A stretch of 34,847 nucleotides of DNA, from positions 1 through 34,847 of the forward strand of contig JAYVHQ010000020.1 in assembly GCA_043771035.1 (NCBI GenBank). Reading direction: 5' to 3'. The position numbers and the translations under genes are program-made. This document shows positions 8,450 through 16,267 of the stretch, in pieces (the first letter of the stretch is position 1; every line of letters starts with the position of its first letter). The notes beneath the pieces were generated by a model. The model ran no database searches. It was not told where the DNA came from and saw nothing but the letters and a program-made list of their open reading frames with translations. The stretch comes from Candidatus Kaiserbacteria bacterium (GTDB lineage Bacteria; Patescibacteriota; Minisyncoccia; Phycocordibacterales; UBA918).

Positions 8450-9676
8450 ATGAAAAAAACATTTCCCGAAGGATTCTACTGGGGTTCAGCCACCGCCTCC
8501 TACCAAGTCGAAGGCGGAATCGAAAATACTGATTGGGCGCAAGCGGCGCGCGAGGGTCGTGTGCCGCCCTGTGGCGCAGCGTGTGAACACTATACTCGGT
8601 ACGCGTCTGATTTTGATTTAGCAAAAGATCTGGGTCACACAGCTCATCGTTTATCTGTCGAGTGGGCTCGAATTGAGCCGACTCCTGGGAATTATGATCT
8701 TAAAGAAATAGAACACTACCGTGATGTGCTAAAGGCACTCCACGCACGTGGACTCAAACCCTACGTTACCATCTGGCACTTCACCCAGCCGCTGTGGTTT
8801 TCAGAAAGCGGTAGTTTTGAACAAAAAAATGCTCCAGAGATTTTCGCCCGCTACTGTGCGTTTGTTGTGAGTGAGCTCGGTGATTTGTGTGACCATTTTT
8901 CGACTATGAATGAACCCAATGTGTTTGCAAGTAATGGCTGGCTTAGGGGGAGTTGGCCTCCATTTAAACGCTTTGCGATGACAGATCTGATTTCAATCAC
9001 GAACTCGGGTAAAATGCTTGACTCTAAAGCCTCTAAAGGATTTAGACCACTGTTTACCTACTGGCGAGTAATGAAAACTCTGGCTTTGTCGCATAATGCA
9101 GCCTATAGGGCGATCAAAAAAGTCTCACCCCAGACCGAAGTCAGTTTTGTGCACCACGTGATTGTGTTTGACGCAAACTGGAATCCCTTTAACAAGATAA
9201 AGGCTTGGCTCGCGAACTATATGTGGACCTATAAGTTCATGAATCGTACAGCTAAACACTGTGATTCCATTGGACTCAATTATTACTTCTACACTAAGTT
9301 TGGTGATACGCGGGTTTGGCGAAAGACGGATATGGACTGGAATTTTGCTCCTGAAGAGATCTATATGGCGCTCATGATGCTCGCTAGGTATAAGCTACCA
9401 CTATTTGTAAGTGAGGGTGGGGTAGCGGACGCTACTGATAGTATGCGCAGTGAGTACATCAAGAAGCAAGTCCTCGGAACATGGCGCGCCATCCAAGATG
9501 GCGCAGACGTGCGCGGGCACATGTACTGGTCACTTCTCGATAATTACGAATGGGCACTCGGCTTTGGGATGCGTTTTGGAATTATCAAAGTTGATTACGC
9601 AACTCAAATACGAACTCCCCATCCGTCAGCCTACGTGTATAAACAAATATGTGAGAGCAATGCTGTAGTAGAATAG
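8450..9676 (+). CDS. glycoside hydrolase family 1 (beta-glucosidase-like)
   Basis: FPEGFYWGSATASYQVEG, RLSVEWARIEP, TMNEP (acid/base), VSEGG (nucleophile), WSLLDNYEW. Confidence 0.95.
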   Translation: MKKTFPEGFYWGSATASYQVEGGIENTDWAQAAREGRVPPCGAACEHYTRYASDFDLAKDLGHTAHRLSVEWARIEPTPGNYDLKEIEHYRDVLKALHARGLKPYVTIWHFTQPLWFSESGSFEQKNAPEIFARYCAFVVSELGDLCDHFSTMNEPNVFASNGWLRGSWPPFKRFAMTDLISITNSGKMLDSKASKGFRPLFTYWRVMKTLALSHNAAYRAIKKVSPQTEVSFVHHVIVFDANWNPFNKIKAWLANYMWTYKFMNRTAKHCDSIGLNYYFYTKFGDTRVWRKTDMDWNFAPEEIYMALMMLARYKLPLFVSEGGVADATDSMRSEYIKKQVLGTWRAIQDGADVRGHMYWSLLDNYEWALGFGMRFGIIKVDYATQIRTPHPSAYVYKQICESNAVVE

Positions 9677-9683
9677 TGTTGTA

Positions 9684-10616
9684 ATGGCTTGGATTTTACT
9701 TGCAACCCTCGGACAGTTTATTAATGCGCTGGTATCTTTTTTAGACAAGTATATTGTCTCGGATGAAAAAGCTCTACCTAGACCATTTGTCTACGCTTTT
9801 TACTCTTGTATTTTAACGGGTGGTTGGGTGGTTATTTATTTTCTTGGTTTTATTCCGGGCTTACGTGAGCTTGGGTTTCCGCATCTTTCCAACATAGAAT
9901 CACCTTCAATTCAGGTGGTAGCCATGTCGTTTCTGGCTGCGTATACGTTCTTTATGGCTTTGGTATCCATGTACTCAGCCTTGCGTAACGCCGAGGCGGT
10001 TAATGTAATGCCGGTGATTGGGGCTGTCTCAGCGGTCTCGTCGTTTGGGATGGTGTATTTGTTTTTGGATGTGGCGTTTTCGCCAAATTTTATGTGGGGC
10101 GTGGTGGTGCTGTCTTTGGGAACATTGCTGGTAGCGCAAACAATTCCCAAAATGGAAGATGTTTTGCACGTCTTTCACAGTGGGCTCTTTTTTGCCCTAC
10201 ACTTTATCACCATGAAGGGTTTGTTCCTGGAGACTAACTTTGACGATGGCTTTTTCTGGTCGCGAGTTTGTTTTGTACTATTTGCCCTGTCGCTCCTCTT
10301 GGTGCCGACATATTATAAAAAAATTCGTGAGCAAACGGGCACTACCTCTAAAAAGACCGGAGTGATTGTTATTTTTACCAAAATTCTAGCGGGCGTGGCT
10401 GCCTTTATGTTGCTTAAAGCGACAGACATGGGCGATGTGGCCGTGGTGCAGGCGCTTGATGGAGTCAAGTTTGTATTTATATTACTCATTACAATTATTT
10501 TTGCTTCACTGCTGCCTGATAGTGTTGCTACACACGAACCAAAACCCAAAGAAGTGATGCGACGGGTGCTGTATGTACTTGTCATCGCAGTTGGATACTT
10601 CATCTTATTTACCTAG
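9684..10616 (+). CDS. EamA/DMT-family membrane transporter
   Basis: About 10 hydrophobic segments in two repeats; N-terminal LDKY motif. Confidence 0.7.
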   Translation: MAWILLATLGQFINALVSFLDKYIVSDEKALPRPFVYAFYSCILTGGWVVIYFLGFIPGLRELGFPHLSNIESPSIQVVAMSFLAAYTFFMALVSMYSALRNAEAVNVMPVIGAVSAVSSFGMVYLFLDVAFSPNFMWGVVVLSLGTLLVAQTIPKMEDVLHVFHSGLFFALHFITMKGLFLETNFDDGFFWSRVCFVLFALSLLLVPTYYKKIREQTGTTSKKTGVIVIFTKILAGVAAFMLLKATDMGDVAVVQALDGVKFVFILLITIIFASLLPDSVATHEPKPKEVMRRVLYVLVIAVGYFILFT

Positions 10617-10672
10617 TATGACTTCTATAAACAGCACATTTCTGCGTTGTTCTGCGCAAAATACTCCTCACC

Positions 10673-10755
10673 GTGAGAAAGTCTGGGAGACTTTCGCAAG
10701 AGGTTGCCAGCTATTTTGTAAAAATAGCGATAACCTAAACAGCTTCTGTAAGAAG
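10673..10755 (+). mobile_element. GTGAG three-hairpin element, copy 2 (subtype A)
   Basis: P1 GAAAGTCT/AGACTTTC; near-identical to 16009-16091. Confidence 0.85.
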
Positions 10756-10784
10756 CAAAAAGTACGGCTTACATTTTTTTCTTG

Positions 10785-10870
10785 CTTCTTACAGAAGCTG
10801 TCCACTCATTGGGTATTTTTTCAAAATTCCTCAATGAGTCTTGCGAAAGCAAAGTGGTTTGCTTTCTCAC
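10785..10870 (-). mobile_element. GTGAG three-hairpin element, copy 3 (subtype B, inverted)
   Basis: Reverse strand reads GTGA-GAAAGCAAA/TTTGCTTTC-GCAAG-ACTCATTG/CAATGAGT-GGACAG-CTTCTGTAAGAAG. Confidence 0.85.
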
Positions 10871-10931
10871 GCCTTGAACTGCACTTGTTTTTGAAAGTCA
10901 TACGGAATTTACTAATCTCTCAAATATAGTT

Positions 10932-11963
10932 ATGAAAGTTTCTCACGGACTGAAGTGGTTAAAACGAATTATTTATACGATACTGATATTAGTAATCGTT
11001 GTGGCTAGCGTGTTGTGGCTCTTGGCACGTAAACCTGTACCTGAAACAATTACATATGGGATGTCGTTTAATACTATGTATGCTCGTGAATTAGGTTTGG
11101 ACTGGCGTGAGACCTATGACGCAATCTTAGATGAGTTAGGGGTGCGGCACCTGAGGCTCGCTGCTCACTGGCCGATGATTGAGCCTAAAAAGGATGTCTA
11201 TAATTTTGAAGAGCTGGATTATCAAATTAAAAAAGCGGAAGAAGTGGGGGCTACTGTGGTATTGGCGGTGGGGAGGAGGCTACCACGTTGGCCTGAGTGT
11301 CATGTGCCAGGTTGGGCCAAAGAAAAAAGTTGGGACGATCAAAAAGTTGAATTAGTTGATTATATTACCGCTGTGGTAACGCGCTACAAAGAAAGTCCGG
11401 CAGTAACAGTGTGGCAAGTTGAAAACGAACCTTATCTGAGTTTATTTGCTTTTGAGCACTGTGGTGCCTTGGATGAGGTGTTTCTTGAGCAGGAAATTGC
11501 CTTGGTAAAATCACTTGATGCCACTCGTCCGGTCCTGATAACCGACAGTGGTAATTTGGGTACCTGGAAGGGAGCTTATAGTCGGGGTGATAGATTTGGG
11601 ACTAGTGTCTATGTGCATTTTTGGAATCCGGAGTTAGGTCAATTCCGCACCTTTCTCCCACCTTGGTTTTATCGGGTAAAAGAAAATGTGGTCGCCCTGG
11701 TGTATGGAGACAAACCAACCTATCTGATAGAATTATCAGCTGAACCGTGGCTGGTTGCACCGGTGACTGCCGTGCCACTTGATGTGCAGTTTACCCGCAT
11801 GGATGTAGCAAAATTCAATGATATTTTGCAGTATGCTCGTGATACACGGTATGAAAATCAGTACTTGTGGGGTGCTGAGTGGTGGTATTGGCTCTTGCTT
11901 AAAAATGAACCGGCCATGTGGGAGCGCGGTAAAGAGGTGTTTACAAACGAAGCTGCTCTATAA
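10932..11963 (+). CDS. clan GH-A glycoside hydrolase (GH5/GH42-like), membrane anchored
   Basis: N-terminal TM; GRRLPRWPECH, WQVENEP and IELSAEPW catalytic-type Glu motifs. Confidence 0.8.
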   Translation: MKVSHGLKWLKRIIYTILILVIVVASVLWLLARKPVPETITYGMSFNTMYARELGLDWRETYDAILDELGVRHLRLAAHWPMIEPKKDVYNFEELDYQIKKAEEVGATVVLAVGRRLPRWPECHVPGWAKEKSWDDQKVELVDYITAVVTRYKESPAVTVWQVENEPYLSLFAFEHCGALDEVFLEQEIALVKSLDATRPVLITDSGNLGTWKGAYSRGDRFGTSVYVHFWNPELGQFRTFLPPWFYRVKENVVALVYGDKPTYLIELSAEPWLVAPVTAVPLDVQFTRMDVAKFNDILQYARDTRYENQYLWGAEWWYWLLLKNEPAMWERGKEVFTNEAAL

Positions 11964-11966
11964 ACT

Positions 11967-12293
11967 ATGTTACAAAAACTACAAAAAAACCAACGTCAGA
12001 TTTTGGAGTCAAGTAAACGTATGACTACGACCGCTATCAATACGCTTGATGCTACCGTTACCAAAGCAACGACAGAAGTCGATACGTATATTAGCCCGCT
12101 TCGAAAATCTGTTTTGTCGAGGTTTCCCATTATATTTTCACTCCTCACTACGTTTGGTGTCGCTACTACTTTTTTAGGATTCGAGAAAATTGTCTCAAAT
12201 ATTGATTTCCTCGATAGACACCCGATGTTCATGTTGATAGTTGGGATTAGTATCTTGGCAGCAACTGGTACACTGTACAAGAAACTTTCATAG
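11967..12293 (+). CDS. small membrane protein (2 TM)
   Basis: Tightly coupled ORF with two C-terminal hydrophobic helices. Confidence 0.7.
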   Translation: MLQKLQKNQRQILESSKRMTTTAINTLDATVTKATTEVDTYISPLRKSVLSRFPIIFSLLTTFGVATTFLGFEKIVSNIDFLDRHPMFMLIVGISILAATGTLYKKLS

Positions 12294-12294
12294 T

Positions 12295-12465
12295 ATGTCT
12301 TTTTGGCAATTCATCTTTTCGTTTTTGTATGTTCGTAATTGGCATAGCGGCAAAAAAGAACTATCTCGACCAAGAATAGCATTATTTTTTGCTGGCATTT
12401 TTCTGATACTAATAGCTCTGTCACTGATCGGTTTTTTACAATCTCCAGTAGTATTTACCCCGTAG
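12295..12465 (+). CDS. small membrane protein (56 aa)
   Basis: ATG 1 nt after the previous stop; MSFWQFIFSFLYVRNWHSG... with one clear TM. Confidence 0.6.
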   Translation: MSFWQFIFSFLYVRNWHSGKKELSRPRIALFFAGIFLILIALSLIGFLQSPVVFTP

Positions 12466-12467
12466 TA

Positions 12468-12569
12468 ATGCTCGTTTATATGTCGAAACTTTTTGTGGGG
12501 TTATTTATTTTTGCAATTTTAACAGTAGTTGGTCTGTTTATACTAGTGCAATTTTTTGCGTTCGGGTGA
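12468..12569 (+). CDS. possible 33-aa single-TM peptide
   Basis: ATG 2 nt after the previous stop; MLVYMSKLFVGLFIFAILTVVGLFILVQFFAFG; below the ORF-track cutoff. Confidence 0.4.
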   Translation: MLVYMSKLFVGLFIFAILTVVGLFILVQFFAFG

Positions 12570-12606
12570 TTGAATTTTGTTGCAAAATAAGCAATACTAG
12601 TACTAT

Positions 12607-13707
12607 ATGAAATATATTTTGGCGGGGGTTATTACTCTTTTGATTCCAATGCAAGTTTTGTTTGCAAACACTGTAGTGCGGTCGGGGGATACGGTGACTA
12701 TGACCGAAAATCAATCTATTGAAGGAAGTTTTTATGTACTTGGTGGCACAGTCGCTCTCTCAGGAAATATAACAGGTGATACTACGGTAATTGGGGGAAA
12801 TGTGACAGTCAGTGGTGACATAAACCAAGATCTTAGTATTTTAGCGGGGACAGTCAGTCTACAAGCCCCTGTTAAAGAAGACGCTCGGATTGTAGCTGGT
12901 CAGGTGACTATTACTGAAAATATCGAGGGTGATTTGGTGGTGATTGCAGGTAAACTGACTATTGCTTCACAAGCCAAGATTTCCGGCGATATTTTGTTCT
13001 ATGGCGGAGAATTAGTGGTGGAAGGGGCGGTGGGTGGAAAAATACTCGGTAGTGCTGAGAGTATGAGAGTTGATGCTGTTGTCGAGAAAGGGGTAGACGT
13101 CACAGCTCGGACCCTGACATTGGGCGATCAGGCAAATGTTACCGGTGATGTCGAGTATGTTAGTGCTACTGATGTAGTACGCGCCCCTGGTGCGGCTGTG
13201 TCTGGTAAGGTAACAAAAAATGCTCCCGTAGTAGCTGCGGGTAACGATAATATTGCCCGCACGACGGCAGTCACGTTTCTTATTTCTTTGTTTGCCACAC
13301 TTAGTCTTTATCTTATCTTTCGCCGTCGCGTGGAATCGTTTGCCACCGCAGTACGCAGTGGTCTGATTGTTAAAACCGTCGTGGGGTTTGTATGGGTGTT
13401 TATGATGCCGCTTTTTATCATAATTCTCTTGGTGAGCGTGCTTGGATCATTTGTTGGATTGATAGCGTTGTGTGTATTTGCTTTACTGCTCACTCTGGCG
13501 ATACCTCTACTTGCGGTCACTATGGGGTCACTCCTGGCACAATTAATTGATAAAAAAAGTACCCTGTCGGTACCGTACATTCTGCTCGGTGGGGTAGTGG
13601 TGCACTTACTAGTCCTGGTGCCGATAGTTGGGGCGGTGATTTTGCTAGGACTGTATGTAGCGACAGTCGGTACTATGGTTGATTTTTTGTACAAAAAAGC
13701 TCGCTAA
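12607..13707 (+). CDS. bactofilin-like beta-helix repeat protein with C-terminal TM domain
   Basis: Signal peptide, repeated GxVxGD/GGxVxI units, then 4-5 TM helices. Confidence 0.8.
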   Translation: MKYILAGVITLLIPMQVLFANTVVRSGDTVTMTENQSIEGSFYVLGGTVALSGNITGDTTVIGGNVTVSGDINQDLSILAGTVSLQAPVKEDARIVAGQVTITENIEGDLVVIAGKLTIASQAKISGDILFYGGELVVEGAVGGKILGSAESMRVDAVVEKGVDVTARTLTLGDQANVTGDVEYVSATDVVRAPGAAVSGKVTKNAPVVAAGNDNIARTTAVTFLISLFATLSLYLIFRRRVESFATAVRSGLIVKTVVGFVWVFMMPLFIIILLVSVLGSFVGLIALCVFALLLTLAIPLLAVTMGSLLAQLIDKKSTLSVPYILLGGVVVHLLVLVPIVGAVILLGLYVATVGTMVDFLYKKAR

Positions 13708-13783
13708 AATTGGGCATAATCTGACCAAAAACTACACAAAAAAATAACCTAAATAAGGCTGTTTTCTTGAAATAATCAAAAAG

Positions 13784-13792
13784 TGGTATACT
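13784..13792 (+). promoter_or_regulatory. extended -10 (TGGTATACT), probable leaderless transcript
   Basis: 6 nt before ATG 13799. Confidence 0.6.
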
Positions 13793-13798
13793 TGTACC

Positions 13799-14740
13799 AT
13801 GTGGAATAACTTTTGTGCTGTTGTCGAAGATCTATTCTGGTTTGCTCTTGGAGCACAAACAGTGTCTCCGGTAGCTGTTGCGCACGTGCCTGCTCCTCAG
13901 GTGCTTCTAGCCCCTTTCAAGTCGGCCCCCGTGCATCTGCCTCTACTTATGCCCGCTACACTTGCTGCACCTGCTGTGAGTACACTCTTGGCTGCTCAGC
14001 CTGCTAGATTAGGATTGAGTGCTCATTCAACGGTTGTTACAAAATTTAAAACAATAGCACTTGAGACAAAGCCGGCCGCGTCAATTCTACACGCGCCGGT
14101 TGTGATGTATGTGTCGCAACCTTTGGGTACGGCTTGTCTTCATGTGCCACAAATTGATTTTGATGCAGTGATTGAAGTCTTACCCTACGGCACTGCGGTG
14201 ACGGTGATCGGCTACGCTGGACGGTTTGCTAGTGTGAATCGTTCCAACATTACTGGCTGGGTATTGAAGGATGATATTACTCCTCAAAAAAATGAAGTGT
14301 GGCCTGAATTTATCAGGGGTGGTGTATATGACGTCTTGCACGCAGATACCCTAAAGTCACGTTCCTTAATTAATGATATGTTTGCTGGCGGAGCACTCGC
14401 GTTACCACTGCAAGCGGGTGAATATGTTACCGTCCGTCTTAAGAGCGAGCACCGTACAATCACGTGGTCACGTAAACGTCCCAGAGTCGCTGGTGACTGG
14501 GCCCGTTTACTGCGCGGTACAGCAGGTATCCATATTGGTGTGACGCCAAAAACAGATACGGTGATAGAGTGGCGTAGTAGTGACGGCGAAGGGAGGTTGG
14601 GCTATGTAGAAGCTGTCGCGCCTGATCAAGCCATTACCATCAGTGCCGTGGGTACTGATGAAGCTGGTCTCTTTACAATCAAAACCATGTCCGAAGAAAT
14701 CTGGCGCGAATTACGACCAGTTTTTATTGAGGTTGCATAA
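13799..14740 (+). CDS. SH3b + degenerate CHAP-like domain protein
   Basis: LPYGTAVTV...TGWV (SH3); AGDW, TPK, GYVEAV..D..ITIS (CHAP fold) without the Cys/His catalytic residues. Confidence 0.6.
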   Translation: MWNNFCAVVEDLFWFALGAQTVSPVAVAHVPAPQVLLAPFKSAPVHLPLLMPATLAAPAVSTLLAAQPARLGLSAHSTVVTKFKTIALETKPAASILHAPVVMYVSQPLGTACLHVPQIDFDAVIEVLPYGTAVTVIGYAGRFASVNRSNITGWVLKDDITPQKNEVWPEFIRGGVYDVLHADTLKSRSLINDMFAGGALALPLQAGEYVTVRLKSEHRTITWSRKRPRVAGDWARLLRGTAGIHIGVTPKTDTVIEWRSSDGEGRLGYVEAVAPDQAITISAVGTDEAGLFTIKTMSEEIWRELRPVFIEVA

Positions 14741-14744
14741 ATAC

Positions 14745-15020
14745 CTGGGATAGAGTAATCTAATCGTTCGCAAGATTGTTGCCTAGCAGCGGAGTTCGGC
14801 CCCCAACTGCAGCTAGGATGCATCAATCTGAACGTTCCTCTGGTGGGGCGTTTTGCATACGGGGGAGGTGGCAGCCTTTCCCGTATGTATGCGTTTGCTC
14901 TTTTTGAGTTGTTGCTAGTTCTGACTTCCTTCGCCGCAGAAGGGGTATGTGAACGGTAGCATGAGCACGCGCAAGCGTTGCTCGGCGCAGAGGGGAGAGT
15001 TCGCCGCTCCTCTCTGCGTC
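14745..15020 (+). ncRNA. candidate structured non-coding RNA (family unassigned)
   Basis: Five consecutive GC-rich hairpins with G-U pairs favouring the + strand, a GCAA tetraloop and a TTCG-containing loop, followed by a terminator. Confidence 0.5.
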
Positions 15021-15034
15021 AAAAATTTTTTGGT

Positions 15035-15064
15035 AAGTTCCCAGTTTCTAGCTGGGGCTTTTTT
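15035..15064 (+). terminator. intrinsic terminator
   Basis: AAGTTCCCAG-tttctag-CTGGGGCTT followed by a T-run. Confidence 0.7.
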
Positions 15065-15080
15065 GTTATATACTAGAGTC

Positions 15081-15773
15081 ATGCAACAACCAGTCGCTTT
15101 CTTTGATGTTGACGGGACGATTTTTCGGTCGAGTTTATTTATTGAACTGGTTGAAGCCTTAATTAAAGATGGTGTGTTTCCGAGCGAAGCCAAAGATATC
15201 TACCGCAATGAATACACCGCTTGGCGTAATCGTGAAGGAACCTACGATGACTATATTAGCGCGGTGATTGAAACCTATCTTACGCACATTAAAGGCGTGC
15301 ACTACGGTGAATTTGCAGACGTGGGGAAGCGGGTGGTAGCTGTTCATAGTAAACGAGTCTATCGGTATACGCGCGATTTGATTACTGAGCTCAAAAGCAA
15401 AGGTTACTACATCGTCGCTATCTCCCAGTCGCCCAAGACTGTTCTCGACGCCTTTTGCAAACAGTATGGGTTTGATAAAGTATACGGACGGATGTATGAG
15501 ATTGGCCCTCAAGATAGATTTACGGGGCTCGTGACCGACGTTCACTTGATTGAGAACAAAGCCAATATTGTAAAGCGAGTATTTGAGCATAATCCTGCAC
15601 TCACGCGAACTGGCTCAATTGCGGTCGGAGATACTGATGGGGACATATCACTCTTGGAATCAGTGGAAACAGCGATTTGTTTTAATCCAAATGAAAAACT
15701 GTATACGTATGGTAAACGGATGGGGTGGGAGATTGTCGTCGAACGCAAAGATGTAATTTATAAAAATATATGA
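15081..15773 (+). CDS. HAD-IB family phosphatase (SerB-like)
   Basis: FFDVDGT, ISQS, conserved K, AVGDTDGD; start taken at ATG 15081, with TATACT 6 nt upstream. Confidence 0.9.
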   Translation: MQQPVAFFDVDGTIFRSSLFIELVEALIKDGVFPSEAKDIYRNEYTAWRNREGTYDDYISAVIETYLTHIKGVHYGEFADVGKRVVAVHSKRVYRYTRDLITELKSKGYYIVAISQSPKTVLDAFCKQYGFDKVYGRMYEIGPQDRFTGLVTDVHLIENKANIVKRVFEHNPALTRTGSIAVGDTDGDISLLESVETAICFNPNEKLYTYGKRMGWEIVVERKDVIYKNI

Positions 15774-15994
15774 CAACAAAAAGATTACACCGAGACCAAG
15801 AGACAGCCGTAGTAGCAGGAGTCCTGTCAGGAATGGCAGAGTACTTCAAACAAGATCCTGTTGTGTTTAGACTAGCTGCCGTCGTCTTGATTATCCTGAC
15901 AGGCGTGTTCCCTGGTCTATTATTTTATCTGGTAGCCTGGATACTAGTGCCGCGCAAGCCAAAGATGCAAGCAGACTATACGATTGTTGAATAA
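15770..15994 (+). CDS. PspC-domain protein
   Basis: KRLHR...VAGVLSGMAEYF..DP...RL...YLVAWILVP. Confidence 0.9.
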   Translation: MTTKRLHRDQETAVVAGVLSGMAEYFKQDPVVFRLAAVVLIILTGVFPGLLFYLVAWILVPRKPKMQADYTIVE

Positions 15995-16008
15995 AAATGA
16001 GCCACAGA

Positions 16009-16091
16009 GTGAGAAAGTCTGGGAGACTTTCGCAAGAGGTAGCCAGCTATTTTGCAAAAATAGCGACAACCTGAACAGCTTCTGTAAGAAG
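16009..16091 (+). mobile_element. GTGAG three-hairpin element, copy 4 (subtype A)
   Basis: 83 bp, 4 differences from 10673-10755. Confidence 0.85.
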
Positions 16092-16267
16092 CTAGCGACA
16101 ATGGCGAATTTTGTTCCCGATTTGCCCCTTCCTAGGGCAAATCGCTGGAACCTGTAATCGTTGCGGTCGCCCCTCTTTTCGCTACTACTTCAACACTTAG
16201 ACGACAATTGCGAATCCTCCCTCTAGGTTATTTTAATTGGTAGTAGCGTGGCAATCCATAGCTTAAT

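Larger units (their letters stand above)
10616..10903. repeat. MITE-like palindromic host repeat carrying two GTGAG elements
   Basis: Imperfect terminal inverted repeats GTATGACTTctAtAAACA / TGTTTtTgaAAGTCATAC; the internal sequence aligns with the reverse complement of 18733-18937. Confidence 0.6.

Noticed and set aside
10785-10870. GTGAG element as a hammerhead ribozyme (CTG...stem...CGAAA on one strand)
   Set aside because: There is no CUGAUGA core, and the GAAA is part of a stem that is absent in copies 5 and 7.
10573-10929. 118-aa ORF, and similar ORFs at 23163-23354, 23206-23424, 18522-18749 and 18690-18938
   Set aside because: They are translations of repeat elements; the shared EKVWETF peptide only reflects the repeat.
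14826-14850. tRNA/tmRNA 3' end (CCACCA) or RNase P motif (GAGGAACGTTC) on the minus strand
   Set aside because: There is no T-arm or acceptor partner and no matching P4 3' strand; G-U pairing favours the plus strand.
14949-15080. N-terminal extension of the HAD ORF in the ORF track
   Set aside because: It runs through hairpins and a terminator; the HAD motif and a -10 box support ATG 15081.
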